From assembly GCA_963664825.1 (NCBI GenBank), contig OY761614.1:2656001-2720000 (forward strand): DNA of 64,000 bases, given 5' to 3'. Both the position numbers and the translations under genes were made by a program. Under the pieces are notes generated by a model, which saw only the letters and a program-made list of their open reading frames with translations, was not told where the DNA came from and did no database searches. This document shows, one piece after another, positions 51,081-62,900 of the stretch; within the stretch, counting starts at the first letter, position 1, and each line of letters starts with the position of its first letter. Source of the DNA: an uncultured Holophaga sp. (GTDB lineage Bacteria; Acidobacteriota; Holophagae; Holophagales; Holophagaceae).

Positions 51081-52141
51081 CCCTTGCGCTTTCCGGCTCT
51101 GGCTGTCTTTTTCGCGGAGGCCTTCGGCGCGGGCTCCGGGATGCCCTTCTGATGCATGATCTCCTTGCGGAAGATGGCCACGTTGTGGTTGTGCTCGTCG
51201 AGGGTCTGGGCGAAGCGGTGGCCGCCGGTGCCGGTGGCCACGAAATAGATGTCCTTGCCTGGGGCCGGCTGGCGCGCCGCTTCGATGGCGGCGGCGCTGG
51301 GAATGCCGATGGGGGTGGGTGGGAGTCCCGCGACGGAATAGGTATTGAAACGATGCGGCCGTCGGATGTCCTCGGAGGTGGGCGGCGTGAAGCGCAGATC
51401 GCCGCTGATCCACCGGGCGTACAGGCTGGTGGGGTCGCACTGGAGGCGCATGCCGATCTCCAGGCGTCGGGCGTAGACGCCAGCGACCTTGGGCAGCTCC
51501 TGGGGCACGTGGGTCTCCTTCTCCACCAAGCTCGCTAGGGTCAGGGTCCGGTAGGGGTCGAGGGACCCTCCCTCCAGCTTGGGGCGCACCTGCTGATGGA
51601 AGGCCTCCACGAGCATCAGCATGATCTCCTCGGGCTCCAGGACATGATGGAGGCGGTAGGTCGCCGGAGCCACGAGGCCCTCGAGGTTTTCGGCCCTTTC
51701 GAAACCGGCTGTCCGCGCCAGCCGGGGGCTCTTCCAGAGGGCCCAGAAGACATCCTCGGGGATGAAATCCTTGAGGCGCCTCTGGATGCTCCAGGCGTTC
51801 ATGGAGGGGGTGAGGACCACGTTGGTGAAGTGGATATCGCCCTTGCGCAGCTTGCCGGCCACATCGGAGAGGCTGGCCCCGGGGGCGATGGCGTATTCGC
51901 CGCGGATGAGCTGGAGCTTGCGGCTGCGGGCCCAGAGCTTGAATAGGGAGGCAGAGCGGATGACGCCCTGGTGCTCCAGCTGATCGGCGATCTGATCGAT
52001 GGTGGAGCCCCTCTTTACGAGCAGCGTGGCTTCATGGGTGAGGGGGCCGCTGCGTTTCCAGGACCACCATCCCCCCAAAGGGATGAGGCTGAGCAGGGCC
52101 GTGGCCACCAGGAGACGGAGAGAGGTGCGGGAACGTGCCAT
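51077..52141 (-). CDS. mltG: Endolytic transglycosylase
   Basis: LEGL..PATY, LASLVEKE, MRLQCDPT, NTY..GLPPTPI. Confidence 0.93.
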   Translation of the reverse strand: MARSRTSLRLLVATALLSLIPLGGWWSWKRSGPLTHEATLLVKRGSTIDQIADQLEHQGVIRSASLFKLWARSRKLQLIRGEYAIAPGASLSDVAGKLRKGDIHFTNVVLTPSMNAWSIQRRLKDFIPEDVFWALWKSPRLARTAGFERAENLEGLVAPATYRLHHVLEPEEIMLMLVEAFHQQVRPKLEGGSLDPYRTLTLASLVEKETHVPQELPKVAGVYARRLEIGMRLQCDPTSLYARWISGDLRFTPPTSEDIRRPHRFNTYSVAGLPPTPIGIPSAAAIEAARQPAPGKDIYFVATGTGGHRFAQTLDEHNHNVAIFRKEIMHQKGIPEPAPKASAKKTARAGKRKG

Positions 52142-52262
52142 GCTTCCAGATTAGCGAATGCCTGCGCCCCCCGCCGGAAAATGGCGTCAGATGCGCAGGT
52201 GGTCCCCAGATGGGCGGAGTGGACGTGAAGGCTGGGCTCTGCCCGGCCTGCACGTGGGGGTC

Positions 52263-52307
52263 AAAGGGGGGACCTCGCGAGCAAAGCGAGCAGGCGGTCC
52301 CCTCTTT
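52263..52307. repeat. REP-like imperfect palindrome, copy 1
   Basis: aaaggggggac...gcgagcaggcggtcccctcttt; similar copy at 61491-61539. Confidence 0.6.
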
Positions 52308-53156
52308 CTAAGATAGTTCCCGGTGCTGGATGACCAGCTTCGGAATGTCCTTGCGCAGGCGCTGGGCCAGCAGTTCCACCAGGGCCACACTGCGGTGCTG
52401 GCCGCCCGTGCAACCGATGGCCAGGGTGAAGTAGGCCCGGCCCTCGAGGGCGACGTAGGGCCAGCTCCAATGGACCCAGTTCTCGGTCATGGCCATGAAG
52501 GATCCGAAGAGCTCGGAATTCATCAGGTATTCCTTCACCGGCTGGTCCCGGCCCGTGAGGGGCTTGAGTTCTTCGATGTAATGGGGATTGGGCAGGAAGC
52601 GCGCGTCCAGCACCATATCGGCATCCGAGGGAAGGCCGAACTTGAAGCCGAAGCTCACCAGGCGAAGGGTGGTGCCCCGCATGGGCAGATCCGGGAGCAG
52701 TTCCCCGATGCGCTGCCGGAGCTGGCCCAGGGTCAGCCGGGTGGTGTTGAGGATGGCGCTGGCCCGGGCTCGGACCGGGCCCAGGACCTGCCGCTCCCGG
52801 GCGATAGCGGCGGCCACGTTACCGTCGCCGGCCAGATAGTGCGGACGGCGAGCCTCGGAAAAACGGCGCATTAGGGTCGATTCATCGGCCTCCACGAAGA
52901 CGGTGTAGACGGGAATGCTGCCGTCCTGGAGTCGCTCCATGAGGGGCACGAATTCTTCCACGAACTCGCCATGGCGGTTATCCATGCCCACAGCCAGCCG
53001 GGGCCGGGTGGGGTTGAGCTTGGCCTCCAGGGAAAGCAGGGGCTCCAGGAGCCGGGCCGGGACATTATCGATGGCCGTGCAGCCCGCGTCCTCGAGGGCG
53101 CTGAGCACCGAGCGGCGACCCGCTCCAGACATCCCCGTGACGATGACGAGTTCCAT
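52308..53156 (-). CDS. rapZ: RNase adapter RapZ
   Basis: VTGMSGAG, DNVP, RRFSE.RRPH, SFGFKFG, RFLPNPH, IGCTGGQHRSV. Confidence 0.95.
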   Translation of the reverse strand: MELVIVTGMSGAGRRSVLSALEDAGCTAIDNVPARLLEPLLSLEAKLNPTRPRLAVGMDNRHGEFVEEFVPLMERLQDGSIPVYTVFVEADESTLMRRFSEARRPHYLAGDGNVAAAIARERQVLGPVRARASAILNTTRLTLGQLRQRIGELLPDLPMRGTTLRLVSFGFKFGLPSDADMVLDARFLPNPHYIEELKPLTGRDQPVKEYLMNSELFGSFMAMTENWVHWSWPYVALEGRAYFTLAIGCTGGQHRSVALVELLAQRLRKDIPKLVIQHRELS

Positions 53157-53191
53157 GAAAAAAGACTACCCCATCTCCGGCCCGGCCGGTC

Positions 53192-55855
53192 CTAATCCTC
53201 CTCGTCCACACCGCCGGCGCTGAAGCGCATGACGCGGTGGATACCGTCGGGACTCACGTCCGACATGGCGCCGTCCTCGTCGGGCCCCAATTCCTGGACC
53301 TCACCGGAGCCTCCGAATAGTTCGTCATCCGGGGCATAGGCGGGCTGGGGCTCCACGCGGTAGAGATAGCTGACGATCTCGTCCTCGTAGCCGAAGCGCA
53401 TCTGCTCGAAATACTCGTAGGATTCCCGCTTGTATTCGACGAGGGGATCCTTCTGGCCATAGCCGCGGAAACCGATGGCCTCCTTCAGATGGTCCATGAC
53501 CAGCAGATGGCGCTTCCAGGCGGAATCGATGATCTGGAGGATGGCCACCCGCTCGTGCCAGCGCAGCACATCCTCGCTGCCCAGGCGCCGTTCCTTCTCC
53601 AGGTAGGCCTCCTGCACGATCTTGGTGAGCTCTTCGACGGCCTCGGATTGGGGCATGGCGGCGAACTTGCCGAAGTCCAGATCCGAGGTGGCATAGAGCT
53701 GTTCGAAGCGCTCGGCGAAGCCCTCCACATCCTGCTCGCCCTTAGTGGGGAGGTAGTCGTGGACCAGGCCCTCGATGATCTCCCCGGCGATGCGCAGCAC
53801 GTATTCCTTGGTGTTGCCCTTGAGCATCTCGGTGCGCAGCCCGTAGAAGAAGATGCGCTGCTTGTTCATCACATCGTCGTATTCCAACAGGTGCTTGCGG
53901 ATTTCGAAGTTGTGCGTCTCCACCCGCTTCTGGCTGCGCTCGATGGCCTTGGTGACCATGCCGGCCTCGATGGGTTCGTCATCGGTCATGCCGAGGGTCG
54001 ACATCATGGCCTTGATGCGTTCCCCGCCGAAGATGCGCATGAGATCGTCTTCCAGGCTGAGGAAGAAGCGGCTGGAACCGGGATCGCCCTGGCGTCCCGC
54101 GCGGCCCCGGAGCTGGTTATCGATGCGGCGGCTCTCGTGGCGCTCGGTGCCCAGGATGTGCAGGCCTCCGCAGGCCACCACGTCGATATGCTCGGCGGCG
54201 GTCTGCTTATCCATCTCGCTGATGAGCTCATCGAATTCGACGGTATTGCGACCGTCCTGGTCGTAGAGCTCGATGCCCCGCTTCTTCGCCTCCAGCTTGG
54301 CCATCCCCTCGGGATTGCCGCCCAGGATGATATCGGTGCCGCGGCCGGCCATGTTGGTGGCGATGGTGACGGCGCTCTTGCGGCCCGCCTGGGCGATGAT
54401 CTCGGCTTCCTTCTCGTGGTGTTTGGCGTTGAGGACCACATGCTTGATCTTGGCCCGCTTGAGTTCCTCGGCGAGCATCTCGCTGGATTCGATGCTCACG
54501 GTGCCCACTAGGATCGGCTGGCCCTTCAGATTGAGATCCTTGATCTCCTCGACGATGGCCTGCACCTTGCCCTTCTTGGTGGAGTAGACCACATCTGCGA
54601 AATCCTTGCGGACCATGGGCATATTGGTGGGGATGATGATGACTTCCAGGTTGTAGATGGAGAGCAGCTCCCGGGCCTCGGTCTCGGCGGTGCCGGTCAT
54701 GCCGGCGAGCTTCTTGTACATCCGGAAGAAGTTCTGGAAGGTGACGGTGGCCAGCGTCTGATTCTCGGCATTGACCTCCACACCCTCCTTGGCCTCGATG
54801 GCCTGATGGAGGCCGTTGGACCAACGGCGGCCGGGCATCATGCGGCCCGTGAATTCGTCCACGATGACGATCTCCTGGCCCCGTCCATCCTCCTTGGGCC
54901 GGATCATGTAGTCCACGTCCAGCTTGTACATGCTGTGGGCCAGCAGGGCCTGGTTGAGTCCATGCAGGGTATCGATGGCGCTGGGATCGTAGAGATTGGG
55001 CACGCCCAGGAGCTGTTCGGCGTGGCGGATGCCCTCGTCGGTCAGCATGACCTGGCGGTCCTTCTCGTCGACCTTGTAGTCGCCGTCCTTGCTGTCCTTG
55101 TCGTCCGAGCCCTTCGTGAGCTTGGGCACGATGCCATCGATGCGGTAGTACTTGCTGGTGTCCTCTTCGCTGGAACCCGCGATGATCAGCGGCGTGCGGG
55201 CCTCATCGATGAGGATGGAGTCCACCTCGTCCACGATGGCGAAGGCGAAGCCGCGCTGGGTGAAATCGGTCAGCTCCCACTTCATGTTGTCGCGGAGATA
55301 GTCGAAGCCCAGTTCGTTGTTGGTGCAGTAGGTGATATCGCTGGCATAGGCTTCGCGGCGTTCTTCATCGGAAAGGCCATGTTGGACCACGCCTACGCTG
55401 AGGCCCAGGAAGTGGTAGATGCGCCCCATCCATTCCGCGTCGCGCCGGGCCAGGTAATCGTTCACCGTCACGAGGTGCGCGCCCTTGCCCGCCAGGGCAT
55501 TGAGGTAGAGCGGGAGCGTGGCCGTGAGCGTCTTGCCCTCACCGGTGCGCATCTCAGCCACGCGCCCCTCGTGGAGGGCCATGCCACCCACGAGCTGCAC
55601 GTCGAAGTGGCGCATCTTGAGCACGCGCCGGGAGGCTTCGCGGCAGACGGCGAAGGCCTCGGGCAGGATATCGTCCAGGGTCGCCCCTTGAGCGAGCTTC
55701 TCCTTCAGGAGCGGCGTGCGGGCCTTCAGCTCCTCGTCGCTGAGCGCCTTGATCTCGGGCTCCAGCTGGTTGACCCGCTGGACCTTTGCCCAAAGGCGCT
55801 TGAGCTCGCGATCGTTCTTCGAGCCGATGATTTTTCTGAGAAGATTTTCGATCAT
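53192..55855 (-). CDS. secA: Preprotein translocase ATPase SecA
   Basis: EMRTGEGKT, DEVDSILIDEARTPL, ATNMAGRGTDI, QLRGRAGRQGDPG; start at MIENLL. Confidence 0.97.
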   Translation of the reverse strand: MIENLLRKIIGSKNDRELKRLWAKVQRVNQLEPEIKALSDEELKARTPLLKEKLAQGATLDDILPEAFAVCREASRRVLKMRHFDVQLVGGMALHEGRVAEMRTGEGKTLTATLPLYLNALAGKGAHLVTVNDYLARRDAEWMGRIYHFLGLSVGVVQHGLSDEERREAYASDITYCTNNELGFDYLRDNMKWELTDFTQRGFAFAIVDEVDSILIDEARTPLIIAGSSEEDTSKYYRIDGIVPKLTKGSDDKDSKDGDYKVDEKDRQVMLTDEGIRHAEQLLGVPNLYDPSAIDTLHGLNQALLAHSMYKLDVDYMIRPKEDGRGQEIVIVDEFTGRMMPGRRWSNGLHQAIEAKEGVEVNAENQTLATVTFQNFFRMYKKLAGMTGTAETEARELLSIYNLEVIIIPTNMPMVRKDFADVVYSTKKGKVQAIVEEIKDLNLKGQPILVGTVSIESSEMLAEELKRAKIKHVVLNAKHHEKEAEIIAQAGRKSAVTIATNMAGRGTDIILGGNPEGMAKLEAKKRGIELYDQDGRNTVEFDELISEMDKQTAAEHIDVVACGGLHILGTERHESRRIDNQLRGRAGRQGDPGSSRFFLSLEDDLMRIFGGERIKAMMSTLGMTDDEPIEAGMVTKAIERSQKRVETHNFEIRKHLLEYDDVMNKQRIFFYGLRTEMLKGNTKEYVLRIAGEIIEGLVHDYLPTKGEQDVEGFAERFEQLYATSDLDFGKFAAMPQSEAVEELTKIVQEAYLEKERRLGSEDVLRWHERVAILQIIDSAWKRHLLVMDHLKEAIGFRGYGQKDPLVEYKRESYEYFEQMRFGYEDEIVSYLYRVEPQPAYAPDDELFGGSGEVQELGPDEDGAMSDVSPDGIHRVMRFSAGGVDEED

Positions 55856-56009
55856 GCTGGATCCATTCGCGTCAAACCATTGATTGTAGCTCCGAGAAGG
55901 CGTATTTCCTACCGCTAGAAGGGGCGAAAGGCGCAAGCCCATGCGGTAGCACGTCCAAGGGAATCGGGAAGCATGAGCCGCGCTATAGTAAATGAATATC
56001 GGAGTGCCC

Positions 56010-56429
56010 ATGGGTCTCGAGCGAACCTTTGCCATCATTAAGCCCAATGCCGTCGGCAATGGGCATGCCGGGGAGATTCTCAGCGCCATCGAGGGCGCAG
56101 GCTTCACCATTCATGGCCTGCGGATGGTCCGCCTCACCCAGGACGTGGTCCGGGGTTTCTACATTGAGCACATCCATAAGGGCTTCTACCCTGAGCTGGA
56201 GGCCTTCATGCTCGAAGGGCCCGCGATCCTGATGGTGCTGGAGGCCGAGAACGCGATCCTCCGCTGGCGCGAGCTCATGGGCGCCACGGATCCCGCCAAG
56301 GCCGCGGTCGGCACCCTGCGCCGCCAGTTCGGCGAGGATGTCTCCCGGAACGCCGTCCATGGCAGCGACGCCCCCGCCACCGCCGAGCGCGAGATCCACT
56401 ACTTCTTCAGCGCCTTCGACTTGGTCTGA
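56010..56429 (+). CDS. ndk: Nucleoside diphosphate kinase
   Basis: ERTFAIIKP, RELMGATDP, NAVHGSD. Confidence 0.97.
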   Translation: MGLERTFAIIKPNAVGNGHAGEILSAIEGAGFTIHGLRMVRLTQDVVRGFYIEHIHKGFYPELEAFMLEGPAILMVLEAENAILRWRELMGATDPAKAAVGTLRRQFGEDVSRNAVHGSDAPATAEREIHYFFSAFDLV

Positions 56430-56703
56430 GGCCCCCGGATCACGTAGCGGGCTCCGGTGGAGCCCGCGGAGTGAGGATCCGGCGAGTCTCAGAGTCACGC
56501 TCGGGTGGGTCGATGCCTGGTGAGAGTCGGGACCCGAGGAGGGTCAGAACAATGCCCGTATGGGTCGTTGCCCGTCGAGGGCTAGAACAAGGCCCTGTGG
56601 CCTTATTTCCGGCGCGATGCCTCGCTCCCGCGAAACCCCCTCGTCCAGGATCCGCCCCTGGGCCTTTTGGTCGGCATTCGGCATTCCGTAGCGGTTTCTA
56701 AGG

Positions 56704-57201
56704 ATGGGCATGGAAAAGCCTTCTCATCTCGGCCCCCCCTCACTCGAACTCGGCGGGTTGTGCTTATGGTTGCGGGGACGGCACTTCCCCTGGGAGGAAG
56801 GCTTCTGGAACGGGGACTGGCTCGTGGTGACAGCCCACTGGAACTCCTTGGGCGCGCATGTATGGGCCCAAGGGCCCTTCCTCCACCGAGGGGATCTTCC
56901 CCGCTGGCTCGAAGCCTGCGAGCGGCTGCTCTCGGATCGTTCGGGTCTGGCCCTCCTCTGGGCCGTGAAACCCGAGCTCCAGATCTCACTGAGTGCCACT
57001 GAGGCAGGCCTGCGGGCCGAAGTTCGCCTTTCCCCTGACCTCGCCTCCCAGGAGCACATCTTTCGCTTCCCGCTGGATTGGGAGGGCCTGGGCGCTTTTG
57101 CGCGGGGGCTGAAGCGCCAGGTGGAACTGGACTCGCCTGGACCATGCCCACCCCGGTCTGGCCTCGAGGCTCCAGTCGCCTTGAAGCTGCGGGATCTGTG
57201 A
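56704..57201 (+). CDS. Hypothetical protein (possibly WapI-like immunity protein)
   Basis: FWNGDWL...VWAQGPFL...PEL pattern; assignment tentative. Confidence 0.5.
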   Translation: MGMEKPSHLGPPSLELGGLCLWLRGRHFPWEEGFWNGDWLVVTAHWNSLGAHVWAQGPFLHRGDLPRWLEACERLLSDRSGLALLWAVKPELQISLSATEAGLRAEVRLSPDLASQEHIFRFPLDWEGLGAFARGLKRQVELDSPGPCPPRSGLEAPVALKLRDL

Positions 57202-57323
57202 CCGAATACCATGTTGGGCAGAATGACGAGGGCTATGCTGGGGCGGGGCCTTGATTGTTCAAGGGGATCCTGTGATCCGTTCCGCTGTGTGCCTCTCACC
57301 CTTTCCCCTTTGAGGAGATTTCC

Positions 57324-57749
57324 ATGTCACTGCATGCACGTGTTTCGCGGGTGGACGATTACGCCGGCGAACTGACCCAGGCCCTCAAGAAACTCGAAAT
57401 CGAGCAGGGCAGGGGCGCCTTGGATCTGGAACAACAGACGGACTTCCTGGCCGATCTTAGGAAGGCGGTGGAGCTGCGGGACCTGCGGCCCATGCGCAAC
57501 CGCGTCATCCTGGATCTGTCGGCGATGGTCCTGATCCTGGTGCTCGGGGCGATCCTGATCTTCAAGGGGACGGGCTTCCATCACCTGAACCTGTATGCCT
57601 CTTTATTCCTGGCCATCCTCCTTTGCAATTTCGCCCTGACCGTTTGGCGCTTCAATCTCTATCTGCGGAGGCGCCGCCACGATCAGCGCTGGCTGGCCAA
57701 TCTCGAGGCCGCAGTTAGCTCCGGCGGCAACATCTTCGATACGCACTAG
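57324..57749 (+). CDS. Hypothetical membrane protein (2 TM)
   Basis: SD GAGGAG; two hydrophobic helices. Confidence 0.75.
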   Translation: MSLHARVSRVDDYAGELTQALKKLEIEQGRGALDLEQQTDFLADLRKAVELRDLRPMRNRVILDLSAMVLILVLGAILIFKGTGFHHLNLYASLFLAILLCNFALTVWRFNLYLRRRRHDQRWLANLEAAVSSGGNIFDTH

Positions 57750-57770
57750 TCAGGACCTGTCTAGCCCGGA

Positions 57771-58244
57771 TCAGCTTTCTTTCACGGCCTGCAACGCCGA
57801 CTGGCAGAGCCTGCGCACGCCGGGCTGGAGGTCCATGGAGAGGAGGGCCTTTTCCCCCACCCACTGGGCGCCCTCCGGGGGATCGGGGAGCTGGTCGTCG
57901 GCGGCCTTGGTGCGAAGCAGGTGGGTGATGTAGAGGCGCTGCTGGCCCTCCAGCCCCTCCAGTCGGAGGAGCCAAGGGGTGGGCAGGCGGCTCGTGCGCT
58001 CGTCGAAGACCACAGGTAGTCGGCTGGAATCCACGAAGCGGAAGGGGATCTTCCAGCTTCCCTGGATGAGGTTCTGGAGGAGGGCCGGGGGCAGGAAGCC
58101 CGGCGACCAGGGCACCTGGGGAGGCATGAGCAGGCCCCGATGGGGGGAATGCTGGGAGGGGGCCAGGAGCACGAAGGGAGTGCTGGACCCGTGGACCAGC
58201 ACGCCCTCGATGAAGGTGGTCAGGTAGACCGGACCTTCGGCCAT
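57771..58244 (-). CDS. Hypothetical protein
   Basis: Directly follows the proS stop, with SD GGAGG. Confidence 0.65.
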   Translation of the reverse strand: MAEGPVYLTTFIEGVLVHGSSTPFVLLAPSQHSPHRGLLMPPQVPWSPGFLPPALLQNLIQGSWKIPFRFVDSSRLPVVFDERTSRLPTPWLLRLEGLEGQQRLYITHLLRTKAADDQLPDPPEGAQWVGEKALLSMDLQPGVRRLCQSALQAVKES

Positions 58245-58246
58245 GA

Positions 58247-60028
<1,782 letters not shown>

Positions 60029-60041
60029 CTGCTCTCTCTTT

Positions 60042-60491
60042 TCATTTCAGCAGCGACTGCACGAGCTGGCTGGCGGTCTTGCCGTCGATGGCGCTGCCGT
60101 GCGCGGCCTGGAGGGCCTTCATCACGAGGCCCATGTCCTTCCTGGACTGGGCGCCGCTTTCCTGGATGGCGGCGCGGACGGCTTGTTCCAGCTGGGCTCC
60201 CTCCAGCATGGCGGGGAGGTAGGCCTTGAGGATCTCGATCTCGGCCTGCTCCGCGGTGGCTCGTTCCGGCTGTCCCACCTTGGTGAATTGCTCGACGCTA
60301 TCCTCCCGGGACTTCACCAGACGCTTGAAGACGGCCAGGGCTTCGGCTTCGCTCAAGACTCCCTGGGGACTCAGGCCCTTGGCCACGGCCTCGTTTCGGT
60401 AGGCGCTCAGGGCCATCCGGAGAACCCCAGTGCGATTGGCGTCCCGGGCGAGCATGGCAGTTTTCAAATCGGCTTGCAGGCGGTCAAGCAT
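60042..60491 (-). CDS. GatB/YqeY domain protein
   Basis: DLKTAM...KSREDS..QF...EIEILKAYLP...KDMGLVM. Confidence 0.92.
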   Translation of the reverse strand: MLDRLQADLKTAMLARDANRTGVLRMALSAYRNEAVAKGLSPQGVLSEAEALAVFKRLVKSREDSVEQFTKVGQPERATAEQAEIEILKAYLPAMLEGAQLEQAVRAAIQESGAQSRKDMGLVMKALQAAHGSAIDGKTASQLVQSLLK

Positions 60492-60634
60492 GGTCCGCCC
60501 CCCCTTTCAGTGCAAACCCTCATCCTGCCTGCTATCTTCTCGATCTTCAATCCTTCCGGGGATTGGGAAAATTCATCCCACAGAATGCAGGAACGGTAAG
60601 ATATCGTTTCGGCCATTGCGAGGATGCCACGCTT

Positions 60635-61099
60635 ATGAATGTTGCCTTCATTAATCCTTTCATTGAATCCACCCTCCGCAGCCTCGACATGATGGCGGGG
60701 ATCCAGGCCGAGAAGATCGGCCTGGAGGCCAAGGAGGACTTGGTCACTACCTACGACATCTCCTCGATCATCGGGATCACCGGGGAGACCTCCGGGTCCA
60801 TCATCATCTCCGTGCCGGAAAAGCTGGCGTGCAAGATCGCCTCCAATATGCTCATGGAGGAGATCACCTCCATGAATAAGTCGGTGGAGGACGCCATCGG
60901 AGAGATCGGCAATATCGTCGTGGGGGATGCCCGCCGCTCCCTGATCCAGGATGGCTACTCCCTGAACATTTCGGTGCCCACGGTGGTGGTTGGCGCTGGC
61001 CACAAGATCAGCCGCGCGGCCTCTGTGCCCTGCATCGGCATTCCCTTCTCCACGCCCTTCGGGGACTTCGAAGTCAACGTGGGCCTGCAAGAGGGCTAG
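60635..61099 (+). CDS. cheX: Chemotaxis phosphatase CheX
   Basis: INPFIES, IIGITG, DAIGEIGNIVVG, ISVPTVVVG. Confidence 0.92.
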   Translation: MNVAFINPFIESTLRSLDMMAGIQAEKIGLEAKEDLVTTYDISSIIGITGETSGSIIISVPEKLACKIASNMLMEEITSMNKSVEDAIGEIGNIVVGDARRSLIQDGYSLNISVPTVVVGAGHKISRAASVPCIGIPFSTPFGDFEVNVGLQEG

Positions 61100-61107
61100 T
61101 CCTTAGC

Positions 61108-61154
61108 CTTCAATGCAGAAGAGGCGCCCTGGGGCGCCTCTTCTTCGTTGAAGG
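61108..61154. terminator. Bidirectional terminator between cheX and ferredoxin
   Basis: agaagaggcgcc ctgg ggcgcctcttct with an extended outer stem. Confidence 0.8.
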
Positions 61155-61161
61155 CCTGAGA

Positions 61162-61416
61162 TCAAAGCTCTTCGAACTGGATGACCTCGACGGGGCAACC
61201 GGAGGCGGCGGCCTTGATGCCATCGGCCATGGAGGCCTGGAAGGCGGCCTTCAGGGGCGATTTCGCGTCGCGGTTTTCGTTCTCGAGGCCGTCCTCACGG
61301 ACATCGCCCTTGATCACGCAGGTGTCGTCGGTGACCAGGAACACGTCGGGGCACTCGGCATCGCAGGCGTTGCACATGATGCAGCCTTCTTCGATCCACA
61401 CACACTTGATGGCCAT
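61162..61416 (-). CDS. Ferredoxin
   Basis: CIMCNAC...CP and CPVEVI. Confidence 0.92.
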   Translation of the reverse strand: MAIKCVWIEEGCIMCNACDAECPDVFLVTDDTCVIKGDVREDGLENENRDAKSPLKAAFQASMADGIKAAASGCPVEVIQFEEL

Positions 61417-61490
61417 GGAATCTCCTTGGGTGATCGTCTCCCGGGTGGGAGAGGGCCAAGGCTAGCACCCGGGGACTTCCTCCACCAGCC

Positions 61491-61539
61491 AAAGGGGGGA
61501 CGCAGAGCGAGCCCTGAGCGAGCAGGCGGTCCCCCCTTT
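61491..61539. repeat. REP-like imperfect palindrome, copy 2
   Basis: aaaggggggac...gcgagcaggcggtccccccttt. Confidence 0.6.
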
Positions 61540-61660
61540 CATGGCAGACCCCATCCCGCCGCTGCGGGACCAGCGTCCGGATGAAAACGGGGTGGGAGGT
61601 CGTGGCACCTTGGGGTTGTTGATCACATGGCGTTCCGATTTGCGCACACTTCCTGGAGTC

Positions 61661-61809
61661 GGAGGGCTCCTCGATGGCCGACCAACCCTTGGGAATGACC
61701 CGTATTGGCAGACTGGTCAGCGCGGCGTTGGCACCACACCCTGTCGCGCCCATGGTGGGTTGCACGCAGGCTAGGATCACATCTTTCTCCCCCGCGCAGG
61801 AGCCCCTCC
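61661..61809 (+). ncRNA. Putative IS110 bridge RNA region
   Basis: Non-coding stretch closed by the stem ggagggctcct/aggagcccctcc upstream of the IS110 ORF; contains caggctag, identical to the presumed right end. Confidence 0.5.
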
Positions 61810-61826
61810 GCAGCAAGGAGGACGCT

Positions 61827-62872
61827 ATGGAAGTCGCGCGAACGGCCTGTGGACTGGATGTCCATCGGTCCAACATCGCAGCCTGTCTGATCAAGACCGC
61901 CCCAAGTGGGGCACTCGAACGGGAGCACCGGGTTTTCAGCACGACGCTCCAGGATCTGCATCACCTGGGGGATTGGCTTCGAGAGAATGTGTGTGAGGTG
62001 GTTGGTATGGAGGCCACTGGTAGTTTCTGGCAGCCGGTCTATCGTGAGCTGGAAGGAACGATGCGCGTGGTCGTGGGCAATCCCCAGCACATCAAGGCGA
62101 TTCGGGGTCGAAAGACAGACAAGGCCGATGCCGGATGGATCGCGGGAAAGGTGCGAGAGGATGGAATCCCTGGCAGTTTCGCGCCCCAGCCTGAAATTCG
62201 CGAACTCCGAGGCATCGGGCGGTTGCATCAGAACCTCGTGAACGATCGCAGCCGGATCAGGAACGAGATGATGAGGCTTCTGGCCAGCGCAGGGATTCCC
62301 CTTTCCAGTGTGGTGACCGATCTGTTCGGCGTTTCTGGAATGGCGATCCTGCGTCGTTTAGCTGAAGGGGCCACCGCCTGGAGCGATCTCCACGCGATGG
62401 TGCGTGGCAAAATCCGGCTGAAGCTGGATGCTCTACGTCTCGCATTAGAAAGCCCCCTGAGCGAGGCCCAACGATGGGAACTGAAGCTTCAACTAGAGCG
62501 ACTGGATCGAATCGATGATGAGATCGAGGACGCAGAGCAGGAGCTGGAGCGCAGGATTCATCCCATGGCGCTGCGCGAACACGTGGGTGCTGGCTCAGAG
62601 CCAAATACCAGCAACTCCGCCGCCGAATGGATGCCAAGAAAGCGATCATGGTCGTCGCCCACAAGCTGGCCATTCTCCTGTTCCACGCCATCAAGAACGG
62701 CCAACCCTACACAGACCCAGACGACCACTACACGCCCAGCCAAGGGAAATTACAGGCACTCAAGAAAGTAGGCATCCTCCCCGACCAGCCCAAGACGGAA
62801 CTGTCAGATCCGATCACAAGCGGTACGGCATCAGCTATTTCTGGAGAGTCTGGCCCCGTGTTTTCAGGCTAG
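61827..62872 (+). pseudogene. IS110-family recombinase with internal deletion and frameshift
   Basis: GLDVH, MEATG.FW, GRKTDKADA intact; jumps near 62563 to HGAARTRG..RAKY...KKAIMVVAHKL in another frame; the IPGVG/SAG segment is missing. Confidence 0.88.
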
Positions 62873-62900
62873 GCTAGGGCGTGTATGGGACACTGGGGAG

